From an uncultured delta proteobacterium (GTDB lineage: Bacteria > Desulfobacterota > Desulfobaccia > Desulfobaccales > 0-14-0-80-60-11), in NCBI GenBank assembly GCA_963773285.1, contig CAVZAM010000033.1, positions 77,022-141,021 of the forward strand: a stretch of 64,000 nucleotides of DNA, read 5' to 3'. The number at the start of each line of letters is the position of its first letter. The stretch's first letter is position 1. Position numbers and translations under genes: made by a program. Below are positions 46,308-55,256 of the stretch, piece after piece. The notes beneath the pieces were generated by a model. That model was not told the origin of the DNA and searched no databases. It saw only the letters and a program-made list of their open reading frames with translations.

Positions 46308-47564
46308 TCAACCCTTCTTCGCCGGCCCCACCACGGCCTGGCCTTCCTTGGCCAGGGGTATCCCGAAGCGCTCCGCCACGTGCTCCAGGCTGAGCGGCAC
46401 CCCCAGGTTCACCAGGTTGCGGTAAACCTCCGACAAGGTCAGGAGGTCATCGCTTTCCTCGAACCGGAAGCGGAACCAGGGCACCGGTTTGTCCCAGCCG
46501 AAATTGAAGCCCACCAGGGGACGCAGCAGTTGCTCCCGCAGGGTTTGCCCCAAGCACTGGGCGTCCGCCACCGTCAGGTCGCTGCGCACCTGGGAGTGCA
46601 CCTTGGCCGCCCCGTAAGTGCCCGTGCTCCCTGAAGTGTCCGTGGTCAGGGTCTGCCCCAGGATGGCCTTGGACATCTCCCGGTTGCAAAAATCCGCCAG
46701 CACCTGAAAGGGGTTTGAGCTTCCGGATAACCGGTTGGAGGTCTCTACGAACTCGATCTCCGTGTTCTTGCTGATAATCCCCGCCGCGTCGGCCCCCAGG
46801 TTCCTCACCGCCTGGAGCAGGGCCTCCCGGTCTGCCGGCGTCGAGGCCGGGTCATACTTTCCCAGGCGCAGCGGCATGCCGAAGACCTCGTTGAAAGCCA
46901 CCCAATCCTTCAGGCTGTAATTCTTGAGGAGGTACATGTAGCCCACCACCCGGAGCATTCCCGCCCGGCTGTCGTAGCCGCTCTTGGCCTTGTAGCGGTG
47001 ATAGATGACCTTCCATGGCGGAAAAGGCACCCCTTGCCAGGGCCCGTCCGCCGTGACCAGGCGCGGGTTCAGGTCATCCACGAACGTGATCTTCTTCTGG
47101 GGCACCCACTTGAGCTCCTCCACCCGGGCTAGCTTTCGGTCCACCCCCCAGATAATCTCCGTGAGGGCAAAGCCCTTGCCGATGGCATCCAGCAAATCGA
47201 GGCAGGCGTTCTCCAGATCCGGTATCCCGAAAACCACCTCTCCCACCGCCTCGGCAATCTGCCTGTCCTCCGGCGTGTCGGCGTAGGGCAGCACCTCGTA
47301 ATCCAGGCTCAACACCGACTGCTTGCGGGTCTGGAGGAGTGAAGCAAGATGGGCGTCTTTCTCTTCCATCTCCTCGAAGAGCTCCATCTGCGTGCGCACC
47401 GAGCCCTGATCCGCCTCCTGGAAAATGGCCCCCAAACCCCCGGGGGTCAATCCGACGCTGGGATAAGAGCTCCAGCGATCCTGAAGACTTACCGCCGCTA
47501 TCTCCCGAATTTCGGGCTTTACCTGCGGCGTGAACCATCTGCCGAAAAAATCCTTCAATCCCAT
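46308..47564 (-). CDS. portal protein, Mu gp29-like (DUF935 type)
   Basis: 418-aa ORF with QMELFEEMEEKDAHLASLLQTRKQSVL and a downstream conserved core. It lies between TerL and the protease. Confidence 0.85.
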   Translation of the reverse strand: MGLKDFFGRWFTPQVKPEIREIAAVSLQDRWSSYPSVGLTPGGLGAIFQEADQGSVRTQMELFEEMEEKDAHLASLLQTRKQSVLSLDYEVLPYADTPEDRQIAEAVGEVVFGIPDLENACLDLLDAIGKGFALTEIIWGVDRKLARVEELKWVPQKKITFVDDLNPRLVTADGPWQGVPFPPWKVIYHRYKAKSGYDSRAGMLRVVGYMYLLKNYSLKDWVAFNEVFGMPLRLGKYDPASTPADREALLQAVRNLGADAAGIISKNTEIEFVETSNRLSGSSNPFQVLADFCNREMSKAILGQTLTTDTSGSTGTYGAAKVHSQVRSDLTVADAQCLGQTLREQLLRPLVGFNFGWDKPVPWFRFRFEESDDLLTLSEVYRNLVNLGVPLSLEHVAERFGIPLAKEGQAVVGPAKKG

Positions 47565-47595
47565 GTGATCCTCATCCGGCCCGAAAGTTCATCGG

Positions 47596-47655
47596 GAATC
47601 CTTAAAGTCCCCCTCTCCGCCCGCTTGCGGGGGGACAGGGTTGGGGTAAGGGGGA
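47596..47655. repeat. G/C-rich palindromic element (inverted orientation)
   Basis: CCCCTCTCCGCCCGCTTGCGGGGGGACAGGGTTGGGGTAAGGGGGAG, in the portal-terminase gap. Confidence 0.7.
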
Positions 47656-47663
47656 GCCAGCGG

Positions 47664-49193
47664 TTAATACGCTCCCCGCCCCCCAAAGGCCCGCGTCTCC
47701 ACGGACTCATAAGTCGCCGTCTCTTTCCCTCCCCCCAAAATGGTCTGGGCCAGCTGCACGGCGCCGGCCAGGGCGTCGGGGCCGTCATCATGGAGGTTCC
47801 GGGAAGGGAAGTAGAGTAACTGCTCGATGAGCTTCTCCTGGTCGGAATGCCCGCGGATAAAGCGGATTCTCCCTCGTTCAAACAGCGGTGACAGGACGGC
47901 CACCCTGGTCTCTTTGGCGATGCGGTGGGTGACTCCCTTCACCGGCAAAAACACCTTCAGCTCCCGCCCCATCCGGTCAAATTCTTTAATCAACAGGCGC
48001 TGGAAAAGGTTGTCCTCCACCCCCAGCAGATGGTATGGCTGTTCCCGGTGCCGGTTAAACACCGCCCTCAGCGTCTGCTCCAGGGTGGTCTTCTGGATAA
48101 ACGCATCCAGCACGTAAAAGACCGATTCATCCTGGCAATACCCCACCGAGACCACCGCCTTGTAATCGGCGCTGCTCCCGGACTCCAGCGACGGGTCGAA
48201 GAAACCCGCCACGATCAGGTTCTTGTCCTTCAGGCTGTCCGGGTGGTAATAGTGCAGCCACTGCTCCTGGAATAATCCTTTTATGGGAGTGGGCTCATTC
48301 ATCTTCTCCCGGTTGAAGGCCACCGTGCCCATGAGCTGTCTTTGCAGGTGCAGCCGCTCCACGGGGTGCCGCACTTCCCATAGGGAGGTGCCATCCTCCC
48401 TGAAGGCCTTGAAAATCCGCCGCCTGAAATTGCAGTAAGGCTCATCTTGGCTCGTCAGCATGATGTGCAGGGCGCTGCGGTGCAAAAGAATCGTGCCGAT
48501 GATCATGAGGGTGCCGTTGGCGTCCAGGGACGGGTATACTGCGGAATTAACCCAGTCCAAAATCTGGCCCACGATCTCGGGGTTGCGCACGTTGACGTCA
48601 TTTTCCATGTCGTCCAGGATGATCAGGTCAGGCCGGTGCTGCCGGTGCTTCAGGCCCCGGAGGCGCTGCCCCCGGCCCCGGGCCTTCACCCGGACGCTGT
48701 TGGTCGTGATGAAGTCGTCCACCGGTTTGTTCGCCCGCACCAGCTCCCCGAAATCCTGCTGCAGCCGCTCGTTGTACAGCATTTCCATGTACAGGTAGCC
48801 GGTGAGGTCGCTGGCCAGGTCTTCGGTGTCGCTGCCGATGATGATGAAATGCCGCTTCCCGAAGCAGATCTGGTGCAGCACGTAGCCGAAGGAACAGACG
48901 GTGCTCTTAGCAAATTCCCGGGGCGCCGCCACCACCGCCGGGGTCACCACTTTGCCCCGTTCTTCCATGAAGCGGACCAGCTCATAATGAAAAGGCGCCG
49001 GCGCATGAGAAAAATAGTGGGGCAGGTAGGTCCGGCAGAAGTACAGGGGGTCGGCCTCCGCCTTCTTGATGCGCTGCTCCCGCTTGTCCTCGGTGTCCTC
49101 CCAGAAAGGGGTCACGTCCATGGACAGCCGCATCAGGATCCGGTCCGCCTTCTGCCGAAATGCGCTTTTGGTCAGCTTCTTGTTAAGATTCAT
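47664..49193 (-). CDS. terminase large subunit
   Basis: Walker A-like AAPREFAKST, Walker B LIILDDMEN and a C-terminal nuclease-type acidic region. 509 aa. Confidence 0.85.
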   Translation of the reverse strand: MNLNKKLTKSAFRQKADRILMRLSMDVTPFWEDTEDKREQRIKKAEADPLYFCRTYLPHYFSHAPAPFHYELVRFMEERGKVVTPAVVAAPREFAKSTVCSFGYVLHQICFGKRHFIIIGSDTEDLASDLTGYLYMEMLYNERLQQDFGELVRANKPVDDFITTNSVRVKARGRGQRLRGLKHRQHRPDLIILDDMENDVNVRNPEIVGQILDWVNSAVYPSLDANGTLMIIGTILLHRSALHIMLTSQDEPYCNFRRRIFKAFREDGTSLWEVRHPVERLHLQRQLMGTVAFNREKMNEPTPIKGLFQEQWLHYYHPDSLKDKNLIVAGFFDPSLESGSSADYKAVVSVGYCQDESVFYVLDAFIQKTTLEQTLRAVFNRHREQPYHLLGVEDNLFQRLLIKEFDRMGRELKVFLPVKGVTHRIAKETRVAVLSPLFERGRIRFIRGHSDQEKLIEQLLYFPSRNLHDDGPDALAGAVQLAQTILGGGKETATYESVETRAFGGRGAY

Positions 49194-49244
49194 CCCCTCG
49201 CCTTTTCCCTTTTGCCTTTTTATTTTTTACTTTTGCCTTTTCCC

Positions 49245-49724
49245 TTACCCTCTGCCTTCGTCGTCATCTTCGAGAACGCGGAAAAACTCCTGCATCCACT
49301 GCGTAAACAGTTTGATTTCCTCGGGTTCCTTCACCCAGCTGCGCACAAACTCGCTGAACCGGTCCATCACCTCCAGGGCCGCGGCCCTGATGTCCCAGCC
49401 GCTGTTGGTCAACCGGTCGATTAACGTGACAATCTTGGTCAGCTCATCCAGTTCCTGGGGCTTTACGTCGCCCTTGGCCAGAACCTTCCCCGTTTTTTCC
49501 CGGAGCACTCCCCGTAAGGCCTCCCCCAACCAGCGGGGTGACACCAGGGCCTGCCGCCGTTTTTCTTCCCAATGGCCTTCCTTATGCCAACGTTTGAGAG
49601 TGGGAAGGGTTACCGGGAACAATTCTTTAATTTCCTCCAGTTTCTTGCCGGCCAGGTAAAGGGATTGCACCTCTTCAAAGTAAAACTTCCGCTTGTTCCG
49701 GTCGGTTGTATAGCGCTGCGTCAT
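49245..49724 (-). CDS. terminase small subunit-like protein (Mu gp27/DUF1804-like)
   Basis: N-terminal HTH-like LYLAGKKLEEIKELFPVTLPTLKRWHKEGHWEEKRR. It is positioned immediately upstream of TerL. Confidence 0.55.
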   Translation of the reverse strand: MTQRYTTDRNKRKFYFEEVQSLYLAGKKLEEIKELFPVTLPTLKRWHKEGHWEEKRRQALVSPRWLGEALRGVLREKTGKVLAKGDVKPQELDELTKIVTLIDRLTNSGWDIRAAALEVMDRFSEFVRSWVKEPEEIKLFTQWMQEFFRVLEDDDEGRG

Positions 49725-49786
49725 TCAGTAGCCCGTATTTCAAGAATCCTTGAGGGTTATCGCCGGCCTTGGGTCTCAGATTACCC

Positions 49787-49972
49787 TCAGGTCGCCAGGC
49801 AATCCATTTCCAGCATCTGCGCGAACACCGCGCTTTCAAAAATCCTCACCGGCCCGCCCGCCAGTTTGACCCCCCTGAGTTTCCCCTCCCAGAACCACCG
49901 GTATACCGAGGAACGGGATATTCCCAGCCGCCCGGCCACATCACTGGGTCTCAGCAGTTTCTCTGATGCCAT
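49787..49972 (-). CDS. excisionase/AlpA-family HTH DNA-binding protein
   Basis: LLRPSDVAGRLGISRSSVYRWFWEGKLRGVKLAGGPVRI, the MerR-like excisionase-family HTH pattern. Confidence 0.7.
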   Translation of the reverse strand: MASEKLLRPSDVAGRLGISRSSVYRWFWEGKLRGVKLAGGPVRIFESAVFAQMLEMDCLAT

Positions 49973-50245
49973 GTGCTCCCTCCTCCGAGTGTTTGCCCTA
50001 ATCCCTTTTCAAGAACCGTGGCAACTGCCGGAACATTTGTACCCGTTTGTCACAGAAGCCTTCATTGTGCCCTGAAACCCCGGTATGCCGCTGTCCGAGC
50101 AAAATCCCTCCCGCCCTGATGCTGAGCGGGTTTAATGGGGTCCCGGGTAGTCGTGCCAAAAGTTTGCACACCATCGCCTGACGCCTTCTTCGGGCCACCA
50201 TCCGTTCCTTTTTTCCTCCAGCCCTTCCTCCCGCCCTCAAAAATC

Positions 50246-50294
50246 AGGGTTTGCCCCTAGGGTTTATTTGTGGTACTAAGGGGAAACCCTAGGG
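50246..50294. promoter_or_regulatory. operator-like repeat cluster between divergent HTH genes
   Basis: AGGGTTT at 50246-50252 and 50259-50265, with inverted AAACCCT at 50284-50290. The palindrome CCCTAGGG occurs at 50255-50262 and 50287-50294. Confidence 0.4.
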
Positions 50295-50433
50295 AATAAC
50301 CTTGGAGCAGGCGTCAGCCTGTGGGGAGCAATCTTTGGATAGTGAAATAAATTAACTAGATAGCCGTTAGGCCCGTGACTTGCATATCAGGTGTTCCAAG
50401 ACCTCACGGAAGATTCTGAAAGGAGAAAAGAAG

Positions 50434-50682
50434 ATGGAAATGATGATGAAGAAACAGTTGTTCCGGCCCGACGAAGTCGCCCAGATCCTTTGCCTGTCCC
50501 GGCGTACCATCTATCGTATGATCAGGGACGGTCGCCTGCCGGCTGTTCGCCTGGGAGCAGGACCGTGGCGTATCGATCGGGAGACCCTGTTAACGCTGCT
50601 GCCCTCGCCCCTGGGAGACCTGCGCCGGCCCGCCCGGGACCTGCAGCACCTGGCGGCCGCCCCCCTGCGCGGCGCCGCTTGA
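50434..50682 (+). CDS. excisionase-family HTH DNA-binding protein
   Basis: The ATG at 50434 follows AGGAGA. LFRPDEVAQILCLSRRTIYRMIRDGRLPAVRLGAGPWRI. Confidence 0.7.
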   Translation: MEMMMKKQLFRPDEVAQILCLSRRTIYRMIRDGRLPAVRLGAGPWRIDRETLLTLLPSPLGDLRRPARDLQHLAAAPLRGAA

Positions 50683-50702
50683 CCTTGCCCATGGTCATCA
50701 AC

Positions 50703-50767
50703 CAGCCCTCTCACCTGTTCCTCTATCCCTTTCCCCCCTTTCGGGATGAGGCAGGGTGAGAGGGCTG
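50703..50767. repeat. 13-bp inverted repeat with 39-nt spacer at the right edge of the phage cluster
   Basis: CAGCCCTCTCACC (50703-50715) pairs with GGTGAGAGGGCTG (50755-50767). Confidence 0.7.
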
Positions 50768-50900
50768 TCATGGTTGCCGGCTGTCAGTCCCCGTGATTGT
50801 TGGCTGAGGAATAAATTCTTAAAATTTTTAAAATTTCCTCAATTTCCTTTTTAGACCTGCCGATAAGTCTCTCAGCGAAATCAAAGCATCAGGCTTGGTT

Positions 50901-52166
50901 ATGCCTGATTTGGCCGACGCTGTGGCGTTAAAAAAAACCTGCGATCAGCTTTTCAGCCCTTTAAACGTCCTCGTGGTGGATGACATGCCTGCCATCCGCC
51001 GGATGCTCCGCCAGATGCTCCAGCATTTGGGGGTCAAGGGTGACATTCAGGAGGCCGGCGACGGCCAGGAGGCCTGGGAAGCGCTCCAGGCCCGCCCCTT
51101 CGACCTCGTGGTGTGTGATATCAACATGCCCCGCATGAGCGGCCTCGACCTCCTTAGGCACCTGCGGGCCACCCCCCAGCACCAGACTACCCCCTTCCTG
51201 ATGATCAGCGGCGAAGTCTCCGAAGACATTGTGGCCGCCTCCGCCGAGAGCGAAGTGGACGGCTACCTCCTCAAACCCTTTAAGATCGAGTCCCTGGAAG
51301 GCCGCCTGCGTTCCATCATAGTTAACCGGTATCAGCCGAGCCAGGGGGAGATCTTCTTCCGCAAGGCCAATGAGTTTCTGGTGGGGGGACAGCCTGCCGA
51401 GTCCCTGGTAGTCCTTGAAAAACTCAACCGGCCCCCCTTCCGCCAACAGGCCAAGGTGCTGAATCTCATGGGGGAATGCCATGTGGCTCTGGGCTCCCCG
51501 GAAGAGGCGTCCTTCTGCTTCTCCCAGGCCATGGAGGTCAATCCGAAATATTTAAGGGCCTACCAAAATTTGGCCGGGATCCTGGAAGCTCAGGGGGATT
51601 TGGCCTCGGCCCGGGGCCACCTGGAGGAGGCCCGCAGGCTCAGTCCTTTAAATCCCGAACGCCTCTATACCCTGGGCCAGCTTTGCCTTAAGGATGGCGC
51701 CACCGAAGATGCCAGGCAGTATCTCGCCGAATCCTGGCGTTTGGGCAAATACGCCCCCACCGCCCGCCGCTCCGAAATGGCGGAAACTTTTATGGCTGCC
51801 GGTCTTCACGAGGTCGCTGAGGAGCTTTTCCTCAAGGCCATTGACGAGGCCCCCCAGGACGTCCACCTGTATAACCGCCTGGGGGTTGCTTTGCGCCGCC
51901 AGCAAAAGCATCGCCAGGCCCTGGAGTGCTATCAGCAGGCCTTGAAGATCGATGCCAAAAATGAGAAGGTTCACTTTAACCTTGGCGTGCTCTATTTTGA
52001 TCTGGGGGAAAAAGGCAAGGCCCTTAAGGCCATGAAGTTCGCTCTGGAACTCTGCCCCAACTTTATTGAGGCCCAAAACTTCCTGAAACAACAGTTTCCC
52101 ACTGAAGACAGTCCGCCTCATCGTCTTGAAGCAGGTGGGGGTCTTGAGACTGCTGCCAAGGCCTGA
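50901..52166 (+). CDS. response regulator receiver domain fused to TPR repeats
   Basis: VLVVDDMPAIRRML...DLVVCDINMPRMSG...LLKPF form a REC domain. Multiple TPR-like repeats follow (AL.CYQQALKIDAKNEKVHFNLGVLY). Confidence 0.85.
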   Translation: MPDLADAVALKKTCDQLFSPLNVLVVDDMPAIRRMLRQMLQHLGVKGDIQEAGDGQEAWEALQARPFDLVVCDINMPRMSGLDLLRHLRATPQHQTTPFLMISGEVSEDIVAASAESEVDGYLLKPFKIESLEGRLRSIIVNRYQPSQGEIFFRKANEFLVGGQPAESLVVLEKLNRPPFRQQAKVLNLMGECHVALGSPEEASFCFSQAMEVNPKYLRAYQNLAGILEAQGDLASARGHLEEARRLSPLNPERLYTLGQLCLKDGATEDARQYLAESWRLGKYAPTARRSEMAETFMAAGLHEVAEELFLKAIDEAPQDVHLYNRLGVALRRQQKHRQALECYQQALKIDAKNEKVHFNLGVLYFDLGEKGKALKAMKFALELCPNFIEAQNFLKQQFPTEDSPPHRLEAGGGLETAAKA

Positions 52167-52397
52167 TGTGGGAGTCGCAAAACCCGCTCCCTCTCCCGAG
52201 CTTCTTCTCCTCACCCCCGTTTTGGAAAAATCAGACCCTCTTGGTGATCACCCTCATCCCTTGAGACCGGCCGTTCCACCTCCGACGACTTTTCCAGTCC
52301 CGGTTGGCGCTGCCCAAAAACTGGTCGAATCAGCCACGCCTGCTGTCTGGCAGCTGCGTACACCAAGCCTTGCATTCGGTCAAGGGTTAGAATCACC

Positions 52398-52425
52398 TTG
52401 CATTTTTCAGGGAGAACTCTAAAAT
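52398..52425 (+). promoter_or_regulatory. candidate sigma70 promoter upstream of ftsH
   Basis: TTGCAT, a 16-nt spacer, then TAAAAT, about 60 nt upstream of the ftsH ATG. Confidence 0.35.
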
Positions 52426-52485
52426 ATCGACAGGAGATTTATTACCTTCATCAGGAAGGTTGAACCGTAACGTTAAAACAACCAC

Positions 52486-54360
52486 ATGAATAATCGCTTA
52501 AGTCCCTTTTATAAAAATATTGCCCTCTGGCTGCTCATCAGCCTGGTGATGATTTTTTTGTTTAACTATTTCAACACCGCTGAGCATGCCAGAAGTAAAG
52601 CCTCCTTGACCTACAGCCAGTTTGTGGAGCTGGTTAAGGGGGACAAAGTAAAATCCGTTACCCTCCAGGGGGAGGAAATCACCGGGGAACAAAAGGAAGG
52701 GCAAGCCTTTAAAAGCTATGCCCCTCAGGACCCCGACCTCGTCAAGCTCCTCCAGCGCAAAGGCGTGGAAATCACCGCCAAGCCCAAGGATGACAGCCCC
52801 TGGTACACCACCCTGCTGGTCTCCTGGCTGCCCATGCTGGTCCTCGTGGGCATCTGGATTTTTTTCATGCGCCAGATGCAGTCCGGCGGCGGCAAGGCCA
52901 TGTCCTTCGGCAAAAGCCGGGCCCGGCTGATGACCGAAAACTCCGTCAAGGTCACTTTCAAAGATGTGGCGGGCATTGAGGAAGCCAAGGAAGAGGTCGC
53001 GGAGATCATCGAATTCCTCAAAGACCCAAAGAAATTCACCCGCCTGGGGGGCCGTATCCCCAAGGGCGTTCTCCTGGTCGGTGCCCCCGGCAGCGGCAAG
53101 ACTCTCCTGGCCCGGGCCATCGCCGGCGAAGCGGGGGTTCCCTTCTTCAGCATCAGCGGTTCTGACTTCGTGGAGATGTTCGTGGGCGTGGGCGCTGCCC
53201 GGGTTCGGGATTTGTTCATCCAGGCCAAGAAAAATTCTCCCTGCATCATCTTCATCGATGAAATCGACGCCGTCGGCCGGCATCGCGGCGCCGGCCTGGG
53301 TGGCGGTCACGACGAGCGGGAACAGACCTTGAATCAGCTTCTGGTGGAAATGGACGGCTTCGAAGCCAACGAGGGGGTTATCCTCATTGCCGCCACCAAC
53401 CGCCCGGACGTCCTTGACCCCGCCCTGCTGCGGCCCGGCCGCTTTGACCGCCAGGTGGTGGTCCCCATTCCCGATTTGAAAGGCCGGGAAGCCATCCTCA
53501 AGGTTCACACCCGTCGCACCCCCCTGGGCCCAGCCGTCGACCTGTCGGTGATCGCCCGTGGCACTCCCGGCTTTTCCGGCGCCGACCTGGAAAACCTGGT
53601 GAACGAAGCGGCCTTGGTCGCCGCTCGGGGTAACCGGGAGTCCCTTGCCATGGAGGACTTCGAGCACGCCAAGGACAAGGTGCTCATGGGGACGGAGCGC
53701 AAAAGCCTCATCCTGAGCGACCGGGAGCGCAACAACACGGCCTACCACGAAGCCGGCCACACCCTGGTGGCCAGGCTCATTCCCGGCACCGATCCCATCC
53801 ACAAGGTCACCATCATCCCCCGGGGGCGGTCTCTCGGCTCCACCCATCAGCTCCCCCTTGATGAACGCCATACCTATCCCAAGGATTACCTTATAGGTGC
53901 CTTGACTGTGCTGCTGGGGGGGCGAGCTGCCGAGGATCTGGTCTTCAACCAGTTCACCACCGGGGCCGGCAATGACCTGGAGCGGGCCACCGATCTGGCT
54001 CGCAAGATGGTGTGCAACTGGGGCATGAGCGAAGAATTGGGCCCCATCACTTTTGGCCGCCGGGAGGAACACGTCTTCTTGGGCCGGGAGCTCTCCCACC
54101 CCAAAGACTTTAGCGAAGAAACCGCCCGCCTCATCGACCATGCCATGAAAAACCTGGTGGAAGGCGGTTATCAGCATGCCAAGGATTTATTGGCCACTCA
54201 CCGGGCTGAACTTCAGGCCCTGGCCCAGGCGCTTTTGGAGCGGGAAACCCTGGACGCCCGGGAGATTGACCAGATAATCGATTCTTTCAAGAAGCAGCCC
54301 GAAGAGCCCGACGCTCAGGAGGAGGTCGGCTCCCTGCCCCTCGAATTCCAGCAGGCCTGA
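52486..54360 (+). CDS. ftsH: ATP-dependent zinc metalloprotease FtsH
   Basis: Two N-terminal TM segments, the AAA module [11 protein letters not shown] and [12 protein letters not shown], and the HEAGH zinc site. Confidence 0.95.
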   Translation: MNNRLSPFYKNIALWLLISLVMIFLFNYFNTAEHARSKASLTYSQFVELVKGDKVKSVTLQGEEITGEQKEGQAFKSYAPQDPDLVKLLQRKGVEITAKPKDDSPWYTTLLVSWLPMLVLVGIWIFFMRQMQSGGGKAMSFGKSRARLMTENSVKVTFKDVAGIEEAKEEVAEIIEFLKDPKKFTRLGGRIPKGVLLVGAPGSGKTLLARAIAGEAGVPFFSISGSDFVEMFVGVGAARVRDLFIQAKKNSPCIIFIDEIDAVGRHRGAGLGGGHDEREQTLNQLLVEMDGFEANEGVILIAATNRPDVLDPALLRPGRFDRQVVVPIPDLKGREAILKVHTRRTPLGPAVDLSVIARGTPGFSGADLENLVNEAALVAARGNRESLAMEDFEHAKDKVLMGTERKSLILSDRERNNTAYHEAGHTLVARLIPGTDPIHKVTIIPRGRSLGSTHQLPLDERHTYPKDYLIGALTVLLGGRAAEDLVFNQFTTGAGNDLERATDLARKMVCNWGMSEELGPITFGRREEHVFLGRELSHPKDFSEETARLIDHAMKNLVEGGYQHAKDLLATHRAELQALAQALLERETLDAREIDQIIDSFKKQPEEPDAQEEVGSLPLEFQQA

Positions 54361-54362
54361 TC

Positions 54363-55253
54363 ATGGGGGAAAGGCTGAAGGTGGCGCCGGCATTGGCTTC
54401 TTCGGCCGCGGCTTCCTGGCACTCCTTACTGTGCCAGCCTCGACCCCTTATCATGGGGGTGATTAACGTCACCCCCGATTCCTTCGCCGACGGCGGCCTC
54501 TATTTTGACCACCAGACCGCGATCAACCATGCCCTGGACCTGGTCGCGGCTGGCGCCGACATTCTCGACTTCGGCGGCGAGTCCACTCGCCCTTATTCCC
54601 TGCCTACCCCCCTTGATGAAGAACTCCAGCGGGTCCTCCCCGTCATTGAGGCGGTTCGGGCCCAGACCTCTGCCCTCATCTCCATAGACACCTATAAGTC
54701 CCGGGTGGCCCGGGCCGCCCTCGACTCAGGCGCTGATATTATAAATGACATCAGTGGCTTGCGCTTTGACCCCGACATGGTGCATCTGGCCCGGGAGTCC
54801 GAGGCGCCGGTCATCATCATGCACATGAAGGGTACTCCCCGGGAGATGCAGGTCGAGCCCCGCTATGATGACCTCATCGGGGAGCTGCGCGCCTTCTTTC
54901 AGGAACGCCTTGACTTTGCCTTGTCCCGGGGTCTTTCTAAAGAGCGTCTGGTCCTGGACCCGGGTCTGGGTTTCGGCAAAACCTTTCAGCACAATCTGGA
55001 AATCCTCAACAACCTGGATGCCTTCCTGGACTTCGGTTGCCCCCTCCTCATCGGTCCCTCCCGCAAAGCCTTTTTGAGCCATCTCCTGGGAGGCCTGCCC
55101 CCGGCTGAACGGGATATAGGCACCCTCGCGGCTTTGGCTGCGGCCGTGACCAGGGGCGCCCGCCTCGTCCGCGTGCACAATGTCGCTTACGTCAAACAAT
55201 TTTTCACCGTCCTGAGCGCCATCGGCCAGGCCGGCCGTTACTCCGGTTCCTAA
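54363..55253 (+). CDS. folP: dihydropteroate synthase
   Basis: MGVINVTPDSFADGG, DILDFGGESTRP and DPGLGFGK motifs. The exact start is uncertain. Confidence 0.9.
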   Translation: MGERLKVAPALASSAAASWHSLLCQPRPLIMGVINVTPDSFADGGLYFDHQTAINHALDLVAAGADILDFGGESTRPYSLPTPLDEELQRVLPVIEAVRAQTSALISIDTYKSRVARAALDSGADIINDISGLRFDPDMVHLARESEAPVIIMHMKGTPREMQVEPRYDDLIGELRAFFQERLDFALSRGLSKERLVLDPGLGFGKTFQHNLEILNNLDAFLDFGCPLLIGPSRKAFLSHLLGGLPPAERDIGTLAALAAAVTRGARLVRVHNVAYVKQFFTVLSAIGQAGRYSGS

Positions 55254-55256
55254 GCC

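Larger units (their letters stand above)
29870..50700 (-). mobile_element. phage-derived head-tail-lysis gene cluster (defective prophage or GTA-like locus); boundaries approximate
   Basis: There is a contiguous minus-strand run of Mu-like packaging and head genes plus siphovirus-type tail genes. I recognised no integrase, transposase, repressor or replication genes. It is flanked by hdrL-like and response-regulator host genes. Confidence 0.75.

Noticed and set aside
49998-50240. 80-aa minus-strand Arg-rich ORF upstream of the xis-like HTH gene
   Set aside because: The N-terminus is Arg/Gly low-complexity with no recognisable motif. It could be a small phage regulator, but the evidence is insufficient to call it.
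52126-52422. 98-aa plus-strand ORF upstream of ftsH
   Set aside because: It is Pro/Leu-rich with no RBS or motifs and overlaps the end of the TPR gene. The region is more plausibly the ftsH promoter and leader.
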